64,000 bases of DNA from NCBI GenBank assembly GCA_045589295.1, contig JAZNOU010000021.1, positions 4,822-68,821 of the forward strand, given 5' to 3'. Origin of the DNA: Clostridia bacterium (GTDB lineage: Bacteria; Bacillota; Clostridia; RGIG6154). Under the pieces are notes generated by a model. The model was not told the origin of the DNA. It did no database searches and saw only the letters and a program-made list of their open reading frames with translations. The position numbers and the translations under genes are program-made. Below are positions 28,568 to 38,845 of this stretch, one piece after another (positions within the stretch are counted from its first letter, which is position 1; every line of letters begins with the position of its first letter).

Positions 28568-30613
28568 TTAATTCAAAATATTTTCATTATTTTCACTATC
28601 TGCCAATTTTCCCGTAATATGCTTCATTATTTTTCTTTCATTATCTGTAGGAACAAGAGTTTTTTCTATTAATTCTTTCACTGCTTGTTTCGCATTATAT
28701 AAAAGTTTCAAATCACTTTCTCCTACTGGAAAGCTTATTGATGGAAGACCATGCTGACGTGTACCTAAAAAGTCCCCTGGTCCACGTAATTTTAAATCTT
28801 GCTCACTTATGTAAAATCCATCATTTGAGCTTTCTATTACTTTAAGACGCTTAATCGTATCCTGATTAGAAGTTTTTGCAAGCATAATACAATGAGACTG
28901 TTTTTGTCCTCTGCCAACTCTACCTCTTAGCTGATGAAGTTGTGACAGTCCAAATCTTTCGGCATTTTCTATAATCATCAAAGAGGCATTTTTAACATCA
29001 ACGCCTACCTCAATAACGGTTGTTGAAACCAAAACGTCTATTTTTTTATCTTTAAAGGCTTGCATAACTTCATTTTTTTCTTTATCTTTCATCTTGCCGT
29101 GCAATACTCCAACCGCAAGAGTTGGTATTTTTTCTTTTAACTCTTCTGCAAGACCAGTAGCATCTTTAAGATCATAATTTTCGTTTTCTTCAACTAAAGG
29201 ACAAACAACATACGCTTGTCCACCCGAAGACACTTCGCTTTCTAAAAAAGAATACACCCTTTGTCTGTAGTTTTCACCAACAAGATATGTTTTTACTTTT
29301 TTTCTGCCTTCTGGCATAGCATCAATAACAGAAACTTCAAGATCGTTGTACATTAAAAGTGACAATGTTCTTGGGATCGGAGTTGCCGTCATAACTAAAA
29401 GATGCGGGTTTATTCCTTTTTTTATAAGTTTCTGACGTTGTCGAACACCAAACCTATGTTGTTCATCTATTACAACAAGTCCCAGATTGGTAAGTTCTAC
29501 ATCATCTTCTAAAATAGCGTGCGTGCCAACCAAAACATCAATTTCATTTTGCTTTAATTCACTAACTATTTTATTCTTTTCTTTTCGTGTAGACGATGAG
29601 GTTAAAAGTCTAATTTTACAATCAGGCAGATAAGAAGATAAATTTTTATAGTGCTGAACAGCCAAAATTTCTGTAGGTGCAATAATCGCACTCATAAATT
29701 GATTTTGAACACAGATTTTGATAACTTCTGCCGCAACAACAGTTTTACCTGAGCCAACATCACCTTGCAAAAGTCTATTCATTTGTACACCAGAAGAAAC
29801 GTCTTTTTTAATTTCTGCAACAACTTTTTTTTGAGCATCGGTAAGTTTAAACGGCAATTTTTGTTCAAACTCTGTTGTATCAATATTTATAAACCTAATA
29901 CCCTTTTTTTGACCGTTTTTTCTGATTTTTGCCAACATAAGCTGGAAATAAAAATAGTCTTCAAAAGCAAATCTTTGCCTTGCAAAATTTGCCTCATACT
30001 CATTTTCAGGAAAATGAATTTTGTAAATTGAATCTTTAATATTAGGAATTTTAAACTTATCTTCAATACATTTTGGCAAAAAGCTTGTCAATATACCATT
30101 TGCATACTTAACCCCACTTTCCATTATACTATAAAATGTTTTTTGAGGTATTTTAGACAACAAAGGATATACAGGCACAATTTTACCTGTATATCCTTTA
30201 TTAGTATCAACTGATTCGAAAATCGGGCATGACAAACATAGTCTGCCATTTACTCTTTTAATTTTCCCGTAAAAATTATATTCTTTATCTTTTAAAAGTT
30301 GTTTTTCAACAAAACGCTGATTGTACCATACAACCATAATTTCGCCGGTTTCATCGCAAATACTACTGTTAGAAATAATGAGATTATTTTTAACTCTCAC
30401 ACTCCTTACAGATGTCTTTAAAACAGCTTTTATGCACACTTCACTGCCTTCCGTAACATTTTCAATCTCGCTAAAATTTCTTCTGTCTTCATATCCTGAA
30501 GGAAGAAAATAAATTAAGTCATAAATATTGTTTATCCCAAGACTTTTTAATGTTTCGTATCTTTTAGGTCCCACGCCGTTTAAAACTGTAAGTGGTGTAT
30601 TAAATATATTCAT
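28568..30613 (-). CDS. recG: ATP-dependent DNA helicase RecG
   Basis: Wedge domain plus DEQH helicase motifs (GDVGSGKT, DEQHRFG), 681 aa. Confidence 0.95.
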   Translation of the reverse strand: MNIFNTPLTVLNGVGPKRYETLKSLGINNIYDLIYFLPSGYEDRRNFSEIENVTEGSEVCIKAVLKTSVRSVRVKNNLIISNSSICDETGEIMVVWYNQRFVEKQLLKDKEYNFYGKIKRVNGRLCLSCPIFESVDTNKGYTGKIVPVYPLLSKIPQKTFYSIMESGVKYANGILTSFLPKCIEDKFKIPNIKDSIYKIHFPENEYEANFARQRFAFEDYFYFQLMLAKIRKNGQKKGIRFINIDTTEFEQKLPFKLTDAQKKVVAEIKKDVSSGVQMNRLLQGDVGSGKTVVAAEVIKICVQNQFMSAIIAPTEILAVQHYKNLSSYLPDCKIRLLTSSSTRKEKNKIVSELKQNEIDVLVGTHAILEDDVELTNLGLVVIDEQHRFGVRQRQKLIKKGINPHLLVMTATPIPRTLSLLMYNDLEVSVIDAMPEGRKKVKTYLVGENYRQRVYSFLESEVSSGGQAYVVCPLVEENENYDLKDATGLAEELKEKIPTLAVGVLHGKMKDKEKNEVMQAFKDKKIDVLVSTTVIEVGVDVKNASLMIIENAERFGLSQLHQLRGRVGRGQKQSHCIMLAKTSNQDTIKRLKVIESSNDGFYISEQDLKLRGPGDFLGTRQHGLPSISFPVGESDLKLLYNAKQAVKELIEKTLVPTDNERKIMKHITGKLADSENNENILN

Positions 30614-30615
30614 AA

Positions 30616-32256
30616 TTACTCCGCAGAAATGTAGTAATAATAAAGAGGTTGCCCACCATTGTACAAATTAAAATCAATTTCTTTGCCTTCATATTTATTT
30701 TCAAGGCTCGCAATTAGTTTTTCAGCTTCCTCCTGGGTTACATCTTCACCACTATATAGAGAAACTGTTGAAATTTCATCATCCAAAAGCATTTCAACAA
30801 TATCTTCAGTTGTTTTGCTAATATCTGTTGAAGATGTACAGATTTTACCTTCAATCAGGCCCATAATATCATCTTTCTTAATTGAAAGTCCGTCAATATC
30901 GCAATCACGCGCAGCAAAAGTAACCGAGCCTGACTTAACGCTTTGTGCAGCTTCTAACATTGCCTCAGCATTAATATTTTGTTCAGCATCTTCATCAAAT
31001 GCCAAAAGTCCTGCTATGCCCTGAACAATTGTTTTTGTTGGAATAACAATAACATTTTTATCTGAAATTTCTTTTGCCTGTTCTGCGGCTAAAATGATAT
31101 TTTTGTTATTTGGGAAAATATAAATATTTCCTGCATTTAAGTTTTCAATTTCTTTAACAAAATCTTCGGTTGACGGATTCATTGTCTGTCCGCCTTGAAT
31201 AATCGAACTACAACCAAGTTCGTTAAAAATCTGAACTATTCCTTCACCTGAAGCCACAGCTATAAATGCATTTTCAACATATTCTTTGTGTTCCTGTTTC
31301 ATCACCTCTCGGCTCTGTTCTCTTAAGTTGTCAATTTTTATATCAACAATTTCCCCAAGTTTCAAACATTCTTCAAGTGCAATACCAGGATTGTTGGAAT
31401 GAACATGAACCTTAATAATATCGGCATCATCAATAACAATAACACAATCACCAATATATTCAAGCTTTGTTCGCAATTTTTTCCACGGAGCTTTTTGCTC
31501 ATTCTTTTTAATTATAAGCTCTGTGCAATATCCAAATTTTATATCCTCGAGAGGAATATACTTTTCTTCAGCAACATATTCTTTAATTTCTTCTTCTGTG
31601 CTCACAACAACACCATTTTTAAGAAAATAAAGAGCGCCTTCTAAAAGAGTCATTAAACCTTTTCCGCCTGCATCAACAACATTCGCCTGTTTTAGTGCAG
31701 GAAGCATTTCTGTAGTAGAATCAAGAGAAATATTACCAACCTCAACAACAGTCTCCAAAAACGCTGTTAAATCACTCTTCTCATCAAAAGTATAATCTTC
31801 AATACCTTCACAAATCTGTCTTGCAACGGTCAAAACGGTGCCTTCTTGTGGTTTCATAACCGCACGATACGCAGTTTCTTTCGCGTTGTTAAGTGCAATT
31901 TTGAAGTTTTCTCCATCTGCCACTTCAACACCTTTAAAGCCTCTTGAAAGACCTCTGAAAAGCTGTGATAATATAACGCCTGAGTTACCCCTTGCCCCTC
32001 TTAAAGATGCGTTCGCTGCAATATCTGCAATGGCAGTAACAGTGTCTTCATCAGTAATTTCAAGGGCAGCTTTCACCGCGCTGACCGTCAAAGACATATT
32101 TGTTCCTGTATCACCATCAGGAACAGGAAAAACATTCAGGTCGTCTACCATAACTTTTTTATTAGAAAGATTATTTGCAGCTGAAATAATCATTAGCTTT
32201 AGGGTATTTCCATCTATAGTAGTATGTGCCAAAGCGTTCACCTCCATATTAGTCAT
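30616..32256 (-). CDS. DAK2-domain fusion protein YloV
   Basis: N-terminal DAK2 domain (DGDTGTNM) and C-terminal YloV domain, 546 aa, downstream of asp23. Confidence 0.85.
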   Translation of the reverse strand: MTNMEVNALAHTTIDGNTLKLMIISAANNLSNKKVMVDDLNVFPVPDGDTGTNMSLTVSAVKAALEITDEDTVTAIADIAANASLRGARGNSGVILSQLFRGLSRGFKGVEVADGENFKIALNNAKETAYRAVMKPQEGTVLTVARQICEGIEDYTFDEKSDLTAFLETVVEVGNISLDSTTEMLPALKQANVVDAGGKGLMTLLEGALYFLKNGVVVSTEEEIKEYVAEEKYIPLEDIKFGYCTELIIKKNEQKAPWKKLRTKLEYIGDCVIVIDDADIIKVHVHSNNPGIALEECLKLGEIVDIKIDNLREQSREVMKQEHKEYVENAFIAVASGEGIVQIFNELGCSSIIQGGQTMNPSTEDFVKEIENLNAGNIYIFPNNKNIILAAEQAKEISDKNVIVIPTKTIVQGIAGLLAFDEDAEQNINAEAMLEAAQSVKSGSVTFAARDCDIDGLSIKKDDIMGLIEGKICTSSTDISKTTEDIVEMLLDDEISTVSLYSGEDVTQEEAEKLIASLENKYEGKEIDFNLYNGGQPLYYYYISAE

Positions 32257-32617
32257 TAGAAACTCTTACGCTTTCGACTTGAACTACTACTTTATCAACC
32301 GAAAAGCCAGTCATAGATTCAATAGCATACTTAACACCATCAACAATATTATTGCTTATAGCATTAAGATTAACTCCATATTCAGCTATTATATGAATTT
32401 CAAGGGTAATTGAATTGCCGGTAACGGACACTTTTACACCCTTATTTGCAGAGTCTTTTTTCAAAATTGAAGCAAGTTCATCTGCCTTTGATTTAAAAGC
32501 CATTCCAACTACGCCAACACACTTCATTGCTTCAGTTGCCGCTATTTTCCCAATCACCTCATCAGAAATAACAATATTGCCATATACATTTTCTGTTTTA
32601 ACAGCCATATTTAACAT
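32249..32617 (-). CDS. Asp23/Gls24-family alkaline shock protein
   Basis: 122 aa. Asp23 fold sequence VISDEVIGKIA…. Confidence 0.85.
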   Translation of the reverse strand: MLNMAVKTENVYGNIVISDEVIGKIAATEAMKCVGVVGMAFKSKADELASILKKDSANKGVKVSVTGNSITLEIHIIAEYGVNLNAISNNIVDGVKYAIESMTGFSVDKVVVQVESVRVSND

Positions 32618-32631
32618 CCTTTCGTAAAAAA

Positions 32632-33525
32632 TTAAAGAATTTTTATCTCAGGCTCGATACTTACACCAAACTTTTCAAACACTCTCTGTTGACATAGACT
32701 TAAAAGTCCTTTTACATCTTCCGCGGTTGCATTGCATTTGTTAATAATAAAACCACAATGCTTTTCTGAAATCTGAGCCCCGCCAACCGAAACTCCTCTC
32801 AAACCACAATCATCAATGAGTTTTGCAGCAAAATATCCTTCAGGTCTTTTAAATGCACTGCCCGCACTCGGGAAATTCAAAGGTTGTTTTTCGCTACGTT
32901 TTTTGTTTAATTCCTTCATTTTACATAAAATATTTTCTTTTTGACCTTTTTCTAGCTCGATTTCACATGATAGAATTGTAAAATCTTTGTCTGAAAAGAA
33001 ACTGTGTCTGTAACCAAATTCGTGCTGAGAACCTTCAATTTTATAAATATTTCCATCCCTGTCACAGTAAGTTGTCTTCTTTATAACCCTAGAAAGCTCT
33101 CCATCGTATGCACCAGCATTCATAACTGCCCCGCCTCCGATTGTGCCAGGTATCCCTGATGCAAATTCAAAACCGCTAAGAGAATTTTCCAAAGCAACTG
33201 AAGCAATTTTTGCAAGTGATGCCCCACAGCCAGCACGGATGATATTCCCATCAGCAACAACAGAATTGATTTTTGTTGTTTTAATAACATAGCCATCAAT
33301 CCCATCATCAGGTGCTAAAATATTAGAACCATTACCAACAATTATAAATTTCTCATTTTTAAGACACTTTATAACCTCAACCAGCTCTTTTTCAGTTTTA
33401 GGTATAATTACAGTCTTTGCATTTCCACCAATTTTAAACGTAGTATGGTTTTTCATTGGTTCGTTTTGTAAAACGCAATCTTTTGAGCATATATCATAGA
33501 GAACTTTTATGTTAATTCCTCCCAA
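32632..33525 (-). CDS. murB: UDP-N-acetylenolpyruvoylglucosamine reductase
   Basis: FAD-binding FKIGG motif and MurB C-terminal domain, 297 aa. Confidence 0.92.
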   Translation of the reverse strand: MGGINIKVLYDICSKDCVLQNEPMKNHTTFKIGGNAKTVIIPKTEKELVEVIKCLKNEKFIIVGNGSNILAPDDGIDGYVIKTTKINSVVADGNIIRAGCGASLAKIASVALENSLSGFEFASGIPGTIGGGAVMNAGAYDGELSRVIKKTTYCDRDGNIYKIEGSQHEFGYRHSFFSDKDFTILSCEIELEKGQKENILCKMKELNKKRSEKQPLNFPSAGSAFKRPEGYFAAKLIDDCGLRGVSVGGAQISEKHCGFIINKCNATAEDVKGLLSLCQQRVFEKFGVSIEPEIKIL

Positions 33526-33528
33526 ATA

Positions 33529-34482
33529 CTATTCTCTTAAAAGAGCTGCACCAACAATACCTGCATCATTGCCAAGCATAGCTTTTTCAATTCTTCCATC
33601 TCTAAACAACGGAGATTTAGTTCCAACATATTTTTCTTTTTCAACAGCTTCTCTTAAAGGAATCAAAAGATTATCTCCCTCATTAGAAACTCCACCGCCG
33701 ATAACCAACACTTCAGGTTGGAATATAAATATCATATTTGCAACACCTGCAGCAAGATATTTGATATACTCGTCAACAACTTTTTGGGCGGTCTTATCGC
33801 CCTGTTTTGCAGCATTGAAAGCAGTTCTGCCACTGAATTTTCCTTCTTCTTCAACTAATTTCCAAATCAAAGAATCTTTATCCTTTTCAGCGTATTCTTT
33901 TGTAGTCTTTATAAGTGCTGTTGCAGATGAATATGCTTCCCAACAACCTTTTCTTCCACATCCACATTGTCTGCCATCAACTTCAATAACCGTATGTCCA
34001 AGTTCTGCACCAAAAAAATTAAATCCGCTGTAAAGTCTGCCATTAACAACAATACCACCGCCAACGCCAGTTCCTAAAGTAATCATAATAGAATCCTTTA
34101 CACCTTTTGCGGCACCTGCCATAGCTTCTGCCCACGCAGCACAGTTAGCATCATTATCTAGATAAACGGGTTTATCTATGTATTTTTGCATTTCTTTTCT
34201 TAATTCATACTCTTTAAATGGAAGATTTGCACCAGCAATCAAAACACCAAGTTCTTTTTCGATAAAACCAGGGCATGCAATACCAACAGACACAACATCA
34301 TCCATAGAAATATTCGCCTGTTTAACAACCTCAATCGAAGTAAGAGCCATATCTTTAACAATTTCTTCAGATGTTCTTTCAGCAAGTGTTGGAGTGCTTA
34401 TTTTGTGAATAATTTTTCCTTCTTCATTTACAACACCAACCGCAATATTTGTTCCACCGAGGTCAATACCAATATAATACAT
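33529..34482 (-). CDS. glcK: ROK-family glucokinase
   Basis: GIDLGGTN and ROK Zn motif CGCGRKGCWE. Confidence 0.9.
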   Translation of the reverse strand: MYYIGIDLGGTNIAVGVVNEEGKIIHKISTPTLAERTSEEIVKDMALTSIEVVKQANISMDDVVSVGIACPGFIEKELGVLIAGANLPFKEYELRKEMQKYIDKPVYLDNDANCAAWAEAMAGAAKGVKDSIMITLGTGVGGGIVVNGRLYSGFNFFGAELGHTVIEVDGRQCGCGRKGCWEAYSSATALIKTTKEYAEKDKDSLIWKLVEEEGKFSGRTAFNAAKQGDKTAQKVVDEYIKYLAAGVANMIFIFQPEVLVIGGGVSNEGDNLLIPLREAVEKEKYVGTKSPLFRDGRIEKAMLGNDAGIVGAALLRE

Positions 34483-34510
34483 AATTTATTCTCTCCTATT
34501 TTAAAAAATG

Positions 34511-35464
34511 TTATTTATTTAATTCAGACTGTCTTTTTTCCATATCAAGTGTCAAGCGTTTATTAAGTTCTTCTGCTGCATTATATCCCATTTTTTTCTG
34601 GCGGTTATTCATAGCTGCAACTTCAATTATTATGGCAAGATTTCGTCCCGGCCTTACCGGTATAGTAAGTGCAGGCAGATTAATGCCTAAAATTTCAACA
34701 GTTTCATTATCAAGACCCAATCTGTCATATTTTTTATGTTGCTGCCACTGTTCAAGACAAATCACCATATCAATTTTTTCAGTATCTTTTACTGCACCCA
34801 TACCAAAAATGTTTTTAACATCAACAATACCAATGCCTCTTAATTCAATAAAATGCTTTATAATATCAGGGGCGCTTCCAACCAGTGTAATTTCCGAAAC
34901 TTTTTTAATTTCAACTGCATCGTCTGCAACAAGCCTGTGTCCACGTTTAACAAGTTCAATTGCAGTTTCGCTCTTACCTACGCCGCTCTCTCCTAAAATT
35001 AAAATACCTTCACCGTATACTTCTACCAAAACACCATGTCTGGTTATTCTTTCACCAAGTTCAACATTGAGCATTGCAATCAATGCACTCATAAACCTAG
35101 AAGTTGATTCTTCTGTCCTTAAAATTGGTACTTTTCTTAACAACGACGCCTTAATCATCTGTTCAGATGGTTCAAGCGACCTTGTTATAACAAGTGCAGG
35201 TATACCTGTAGCAAACAACTTATCTATTTTTTCAAATTCTTCTTGTGGTGACAAATTTTCAAGATATGTGCTCTCAATCTTACCAAAAACCTGAATACGT
35301 GAAGAATCAAAATAATCAAAAAAACCTGTAAGTGGAAGTCCTGGTCTGTTTACATCCATATTGCTGATTTTTATATTATCAATTACATCTTCGCAAGTTA
35401 AAACCTCAAGTCTTTGTTTTTTAACTATTTTCCATAATTCAACCGCAAAAGAAGGCATCTCCAT
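34511..35464 (-). CDS. hprK: HPr kinase/phosphorylase
   Basis: Walker A GESGVGKSETA and the HprK C-terminal domain. Confidence 0.93.
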   Translation of the reverse strand: MEMPSFAVELWKIVKKQRLEVLTCEDVIDNIKISNMDVNRPGLPLTGFFDYFDSSRIQVFGKIESTYLENLSPQEEFEKIDKLFATGIPALVITRSLEPSEQMIKASLLRKVPILRTEESTSRFMSALIAMLNVELGERITRHGVLVEVYGEGILILGESGVGKSETAIELVKRGHRLVADDAVEIKKVSEITLVGSAPDIIKHFIELRGIGIVDVKNIFGMGAVKDTEKIDMVICLEQWQQHKKYDRLGLDNETVEILGINLPALTIPVRPGRNLAIIIEVAAMNNRQKKMGYNAAEELNKRLTLDMEKRQSELNK

Positions 35465-35584
35465 TTAATCACCTCATAGTAAAAAGTCAAATATTATAGC
35501 AAAATATTTACACATTTTTTAAATCAAATAACATCTATTTATTTTAACACATTTTTTGTCAAATTACAAGTATTTAATATATAA

Positions 35585-36013
35585 TCAAATTAATTGTTTC
35601 TTTTTTTCAACTTCGACAAGGCCATCAGGAGTTTCAACCATATCATGACTGTTAAGCAAAAATCTTCTTATTGCAAACAAAATCGCAATAGCTACAACAA
35701 TAATAAGATTCTCCCATGCCGCTACGTGTCCTACTATGAGTTTTCTTGCTAAAGCAAAAGCAAGTACTTCAATCACTGTTTCAGGAGTGTGTTTGCATAA
35801 CATCTTAATAAGCTCAGCACCAATTGCAAGAATAATTGCATCATCAAGCAGCTTAACAAATGTTTCAACACCATTTGAATAGGCTGTCACATTTACAGCA
35901 TCAACAATGATTCTAAACGTCATAATCACAATTCCAACTCCAACTATAAGAGAAACCAAAAGTTCAAATAAGTAACTTAATTCAAACATTTTATCCTGTA
36001 GTTTTTTTCTCAT
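35585..36013 (-). CDS. psiE: PsiE-family membrane protein (phosphate-starvation-inducible E-like)
   Basis: Matches the PsiE signature (…ALARKLIVGH…). Start refined to the ATG at 36013, which has a GGAGGG RBS. The track ORF extends to 36103. Confidence 0.65.
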   Translation of the reverse strand: MRKKLQDKMFELSYLFELLVSLIVGVGIVIMTFRIIVDAVNVTAYSNGVETFVKLLDDAIILAIGAELIKMLCKHTPETVIEVLAFALARKLIVGHVAAWENLIIVVAIAILFAIRRFLLNSHDMVETPDGLVEVEKKKQLI

Positions 36014-36137
36014 TTTTAACCCTCCGTTTTTAAAAATCAACATATAATTATTATTTATAATATCCAACATATGTAACATATAGTAAATAAACATACTAAG
36101 CACATAATAATTTTAACATATTTTCCAAAAAAGTGCA

Positions 36138-36172
36138 ACAAAAAAAAGAGGTGTAATTACCACACACCTCTT
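36138..36172 (-). terminator. Strong rho-independent terminator ending the DUF1292/6S-like transcript
   Basis: AGAGGTGT / ACACCTCT stem followed on the minus strand by eight U residues. Confidence 0.8.
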
Positions 36173-36186
36173 TTAAATTCATTATA

Positions 36187-36375
36187 AACCCCGCCTGACC
36201 GTTTCCCTGTCAATTTTAAACCTGAATTTTCAGGTGGGTTTCCTCTCATTTGCTTAATCGCTCCTCCAATGCCACAAATGTGGGGAGGCCTGCAAGCCAC
36301 AAACGAAGTCAGAATCCCTTAAAATGAGTGTTGGTTCAAAACACGTACAAGGACTAAACACGAATCAGGCAGGAT
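36187..36375 (-). ncRNA. ssrS: Candidate 6S-like RNA (about 190 nt rod-like structured RNA). Identity unconfirmed
   Basis: GC-rich island (about 48% against roughly 35% background) with no ORF. The ends pair (5' AUCCUGCCUGA with 3' UCAGGCGGGGU). Successive long-range helices follow (UCCUUGU/ACAGGGA, GUUUUGAACC/GGUUUAAAAU, CUCAUUU/AAAUGAG, CCUCC/GGAGG), with an apical hairpin CCAC-AUUU-GUGG and a small hairpin CCUGA-AAAU-UCAGG on the 3' side of the central region. A terminator follows immediately. Confidence 0.4.
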
Positions 36376-36387
36376 AAGGGGATTAAA

Positions 36388-36669
36388 TTACTCCCCTTCT
36401 TCCTCTTCACAAAGCTGAGCATACCTGTCTAAAACAGCTTGAGCTTCTTCATCGTTATCAACACCGACTAAAACTTCGCAATCAGCATCATCATTTTCGA
36501 ACTTGAGTATAACAACTCCACCTTCAGGATCTTCAACAGGAAGAAGAATAACGTAATACTCGTCATTCATTTCAATTGTATCAATATGTTCAAATTCTAC
36601 TTCTTTACCTTCATCGTCAGTTAAAACGATAATTCCTTCTTTTTCAGACATAAAAATTCCTCTTTTCAA
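36388..36669 (-). CDS. DUF1292 (YrzB-like) small acidic protein
   Basis: 93 aa with the typical DUF1292 sequence (…EFEHIDTIEMNDEYYVIL…). Own promoter TTGACA, 17 nt, TAAAAT at about 36690-36720. Confidence 0.8.
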   Translation of the reverse strand: MKRGIFMSEKEGIIVLTDDEGKEVEFEHIDTIEMNDEYYVILLPVEDPEGGVVILKFENDDADCEVLVGVDNDEEAQAVLDRYAQLCEEEEGE

Positions 36670-36725
36670 TTATATTTTATCGCAACGTAAAACATATGTC
36701 AATATTGTTTGTAAAATTACCAAAA

Positions 36726-37442
36726 TTATTCTTCACACTTAACTGCAAACATTAAAACATATGGCACACTAACCACAGCAAGCATCAAGAAAAGGTTGTA
36801 CCACCTCACAAGATAGAAAATCTGGAACGCATACGCAACAAGTGACAAAAATGCATACACCGCATACGCCCACCAAAATGAATTATTTTTTGATTTTACA
36901 ATAAATACAATTCCAAGTGCCATAGCAAGTGCATAAACAACAATAAAAGCTATATTTCTTGCCAAAATCATAGTATTAACCATTACATCAGGCACAACAA
37001 ACACAGAAAGGGATAAGCCTCCGATTACAACAACCGCTAATAAGGCAACCCACCATTTTGCCAAAAAATTCTTGCCAAATGCAACTCTGTCAGCAAAAGA
37101 AAAAGCAAAAATCGTAACAAGCGCATATGCTGTTGCATAAAAATAGTTGTAAAATGTCAACTCGTTAATGCCATGCAAAAGTTTTGCAACAAAACCTAAT
37201 ATACCCAAAAGCACGAATTCTGCACCAAGCAGAACAACGCCAAGTCTTTTCGCAACAATACCATGAACAAGTGTAAACGCCGCAGGAATAGCCACAAAGA
37301 AATATCCACACATCATAACCCATCTTAAATCTGTTGCCAAATTAATAAGATAGTAATATGCAATAGCAACCATCGCTAAAACCATAGCAAAAATAGTGCT
37401 TATTCTTGCGGTTTCTTCTCTACTTGAAAAATAATTTTTCAT
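36726..37442 (-). CDS. Hypothetical polytopic membrane protein (about 7 TM)
   Basis: 238 aa, strongly hydrophobic, no recognisable family motif. Confidence 0.5.
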   Translation of the reverse strand: MKNYFSSREETARISTIFAMVLAMVAIAYYYLINLATDLRWVMMCGYFFVAIPAAFTLVHGIVAKRLGVVLLGAEFVLLGILGFVAKLLHGINELTFYNYFYATAYALVTIFAFSFADRVAFGKNFLAKWWVALLAVVVIGGLSLSVFVVPDVMVNTMILARNIAFIVVYALAMALGIVFIVKSKNNSFWWAYAVYAFLSLVAYAFQIFYLVRWYNLFLMLAVVSVPYVLMFAVKCEE

Positions 37443-37454
37443 ATTTTTTACTCC

Positions 37455-38831
37455 TTAAAAATCAAGTTTTGATTCAATGAAGCTCTTGATTTCTTCAATT
37501 TTAATTCTCTGCTGTTCCATAGTATCTCTATCACGAACAGTTACACATCCATCTGTTTCAGACTCAAAATCATAAGTAATACAAAATGGTGTTCCGATTT
37601 CATCCTGTCGACGATATCTCTTACCGATTGAACCAGCTTCATCATATTCACAGTTGAAATATTTTGCAAGGTCTGCATAAACTTTTCCAGCGCCTTCAGC
37701 AAGTTTTTTTGAAAGCGGTAAAATTGCAGCCTTAACAGGAGCTAACGCAGGATGAAGTCTTAGCACAACTCTTGTGTCGCCCTCAGCAATTTCTTCCTCA
37801 TCATAAGCTTCACAAAGGAAAGCCAAAGCTACTCTGTCGGCGCCAAGTGATGGTTCAACACAATAAGGAACGTATTTTTCATTTGTAATAGGATCTGTAT
37901 ATTCCATTGATTCACCAGAGTGAGTTGCGTGCTGTTTTAAGTCGAAGTCTGTTCTGTCAGCAATACCCCAAAGTTCGCCCCAACCAAACGGGAATAAAAA
38001 TTCAATATCTGTTGTTGCATTTGAATAATGTGAAAGTTCTTCTGGAGAATGATCACGCATTTTAATATTTTCTTCTTTCATGTCAAGTGACAAAAGAAAG
38101 TTTTTACAATAATCTTTCCAATAATTAAACCAATCCATATCAGTTCCGGGAGCACAGAAAAACTCAAGTTCCATCTGTTCAAATTCTCTTGTTCTAAACG
38201 TAAAGTTACCCGGTGTAATTTCGTTTCTGAAAGATTTGCCAACCTGACCTATACCAAAAGGAATTTTCTTTCTTGTTGTTCTCTGAACATTTTTAAAGTT
38301 AACAAATATACCTTGCGCAGTTTCTGGGCGCAAGAAAAGTTCCGACTTAGAATCTTCTGTAACGCCCTGGAATGTCTTAAACATAAGGTTAAATTTTCTA
38401 ATTGATGTAAAGTTTGCTTTTCCGCATTCAGGACAAACAATTCCGTTTTCAATGATGTAGTTATACATCTGTTCATCTGTCCAACCGTCTGCAGAAATAT
38501 GTGCAGCGTCTTCAATAAGCTTGTCCGCTCTAAAACGTGCTTTACATTCCTTACAATCCATCAATGGATCAGAAAATCCTCCTACGTGTCCTGATGCAAC
38601 CCAAGTCTGCGGATTCATCAAAATTGCAGCATCAAGACCAACATTGTATGGGCTTTCCTGAATGAATTTTTTCCACCAAGCTTTTTTTACATTGTTTTTA
38701 AATTCCACACCAAGTGGACCGTAATCCCAAGTATTAGAAAGTCCGCCATAGATTTCAGAACCCGGATATACATAACCTCTGCCTTTGCAAAGAGCTACCA
38801 CTTTTTCCATTGTTTTTTTAGAATTATCCAT
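37455..38831 (-). CDS. glyQS: Glycine-tRNA ligase (alpha2-type GlyQS)
   Basis: [23 protein letters not shown] and class-II synthetase motifs. Start refined to the ATG at 38831 (MDNSKK). Confidence 0.92.
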   Translation of the reverse strand: MDNSKKTMEKVVALCKGRGYVYPGSEIYGGLSNTWDYGPLGVEFKNNVKKAWWKKFIQESPYNVGLDAAILMNPQTWVASGHVGGFSDPLMDCKECKARFRADKLIEDAAHISADGWTDEQMYNYIIENGIVCPECGKANFTSIRKFNLMFKTFQGVTEDSKSELFLRPETAQGIFVNFKNVQRTTRKKIPFGIGQVGKSFRNEITPGNFTFRTREFEQMELEFFCAPGTDMDWFNYWKDYCKNFLLSLDMKEENIKMRDHSPEELSHYSNATTDIEFLFPFGWGELWGIADRTDFDLKQHATHSGESMEYTDPITNEKYVPYCVEPSLGADRVALAFLCEAYDEEEIAEGDTRVVLRLHPALAPVKAAILPLSKKLAEGAGKVYADLAKYFNCEYDEAGSIGKRYRRQDEIGTPFCITYDFESETDGCVTVRDRDTMEQQRIKIEEIKSFIESKLDF

Positions 38832-38845
38832 AATACCCTCCAAAT

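Noticed and set aside
36181-36300. Partial resemblance to a TPP riboswitch (…AUGAGAGGAAACCCACCUGAAAAUUCAGG…ACAGGGAAACGG).
   Set aside because: The invariant CUGAGA is AUGAGA. The GAACCUGAUC…GGUUAAUACC pyrimidine-binding elements are not matched. The downstream gene psiE has no thiamine link and sits 125 nt beyond the terminator with its own promoter. The rod-like 6S-type fold explains the region better.
36138-36387. Considered SRP RNA, tmRNA, T-box, SAM, Mn2+ (yybP-ykoY), ydaO, ykkC, glycine and ZTP motifs for this element.
   Set aside because: None of the family-defining sequences is present: GGAAGGAAGCAGC of SRP domain IV, the tRNA-like ends and tag ORF of tmRNA, AGGGUGGNACCGCG of the T-box, GAGGGA…GGUGC of S-box, GGGGAGUAG of yybP, ACCGAAGG of gly, GGGUCGUGAC of ZTP.
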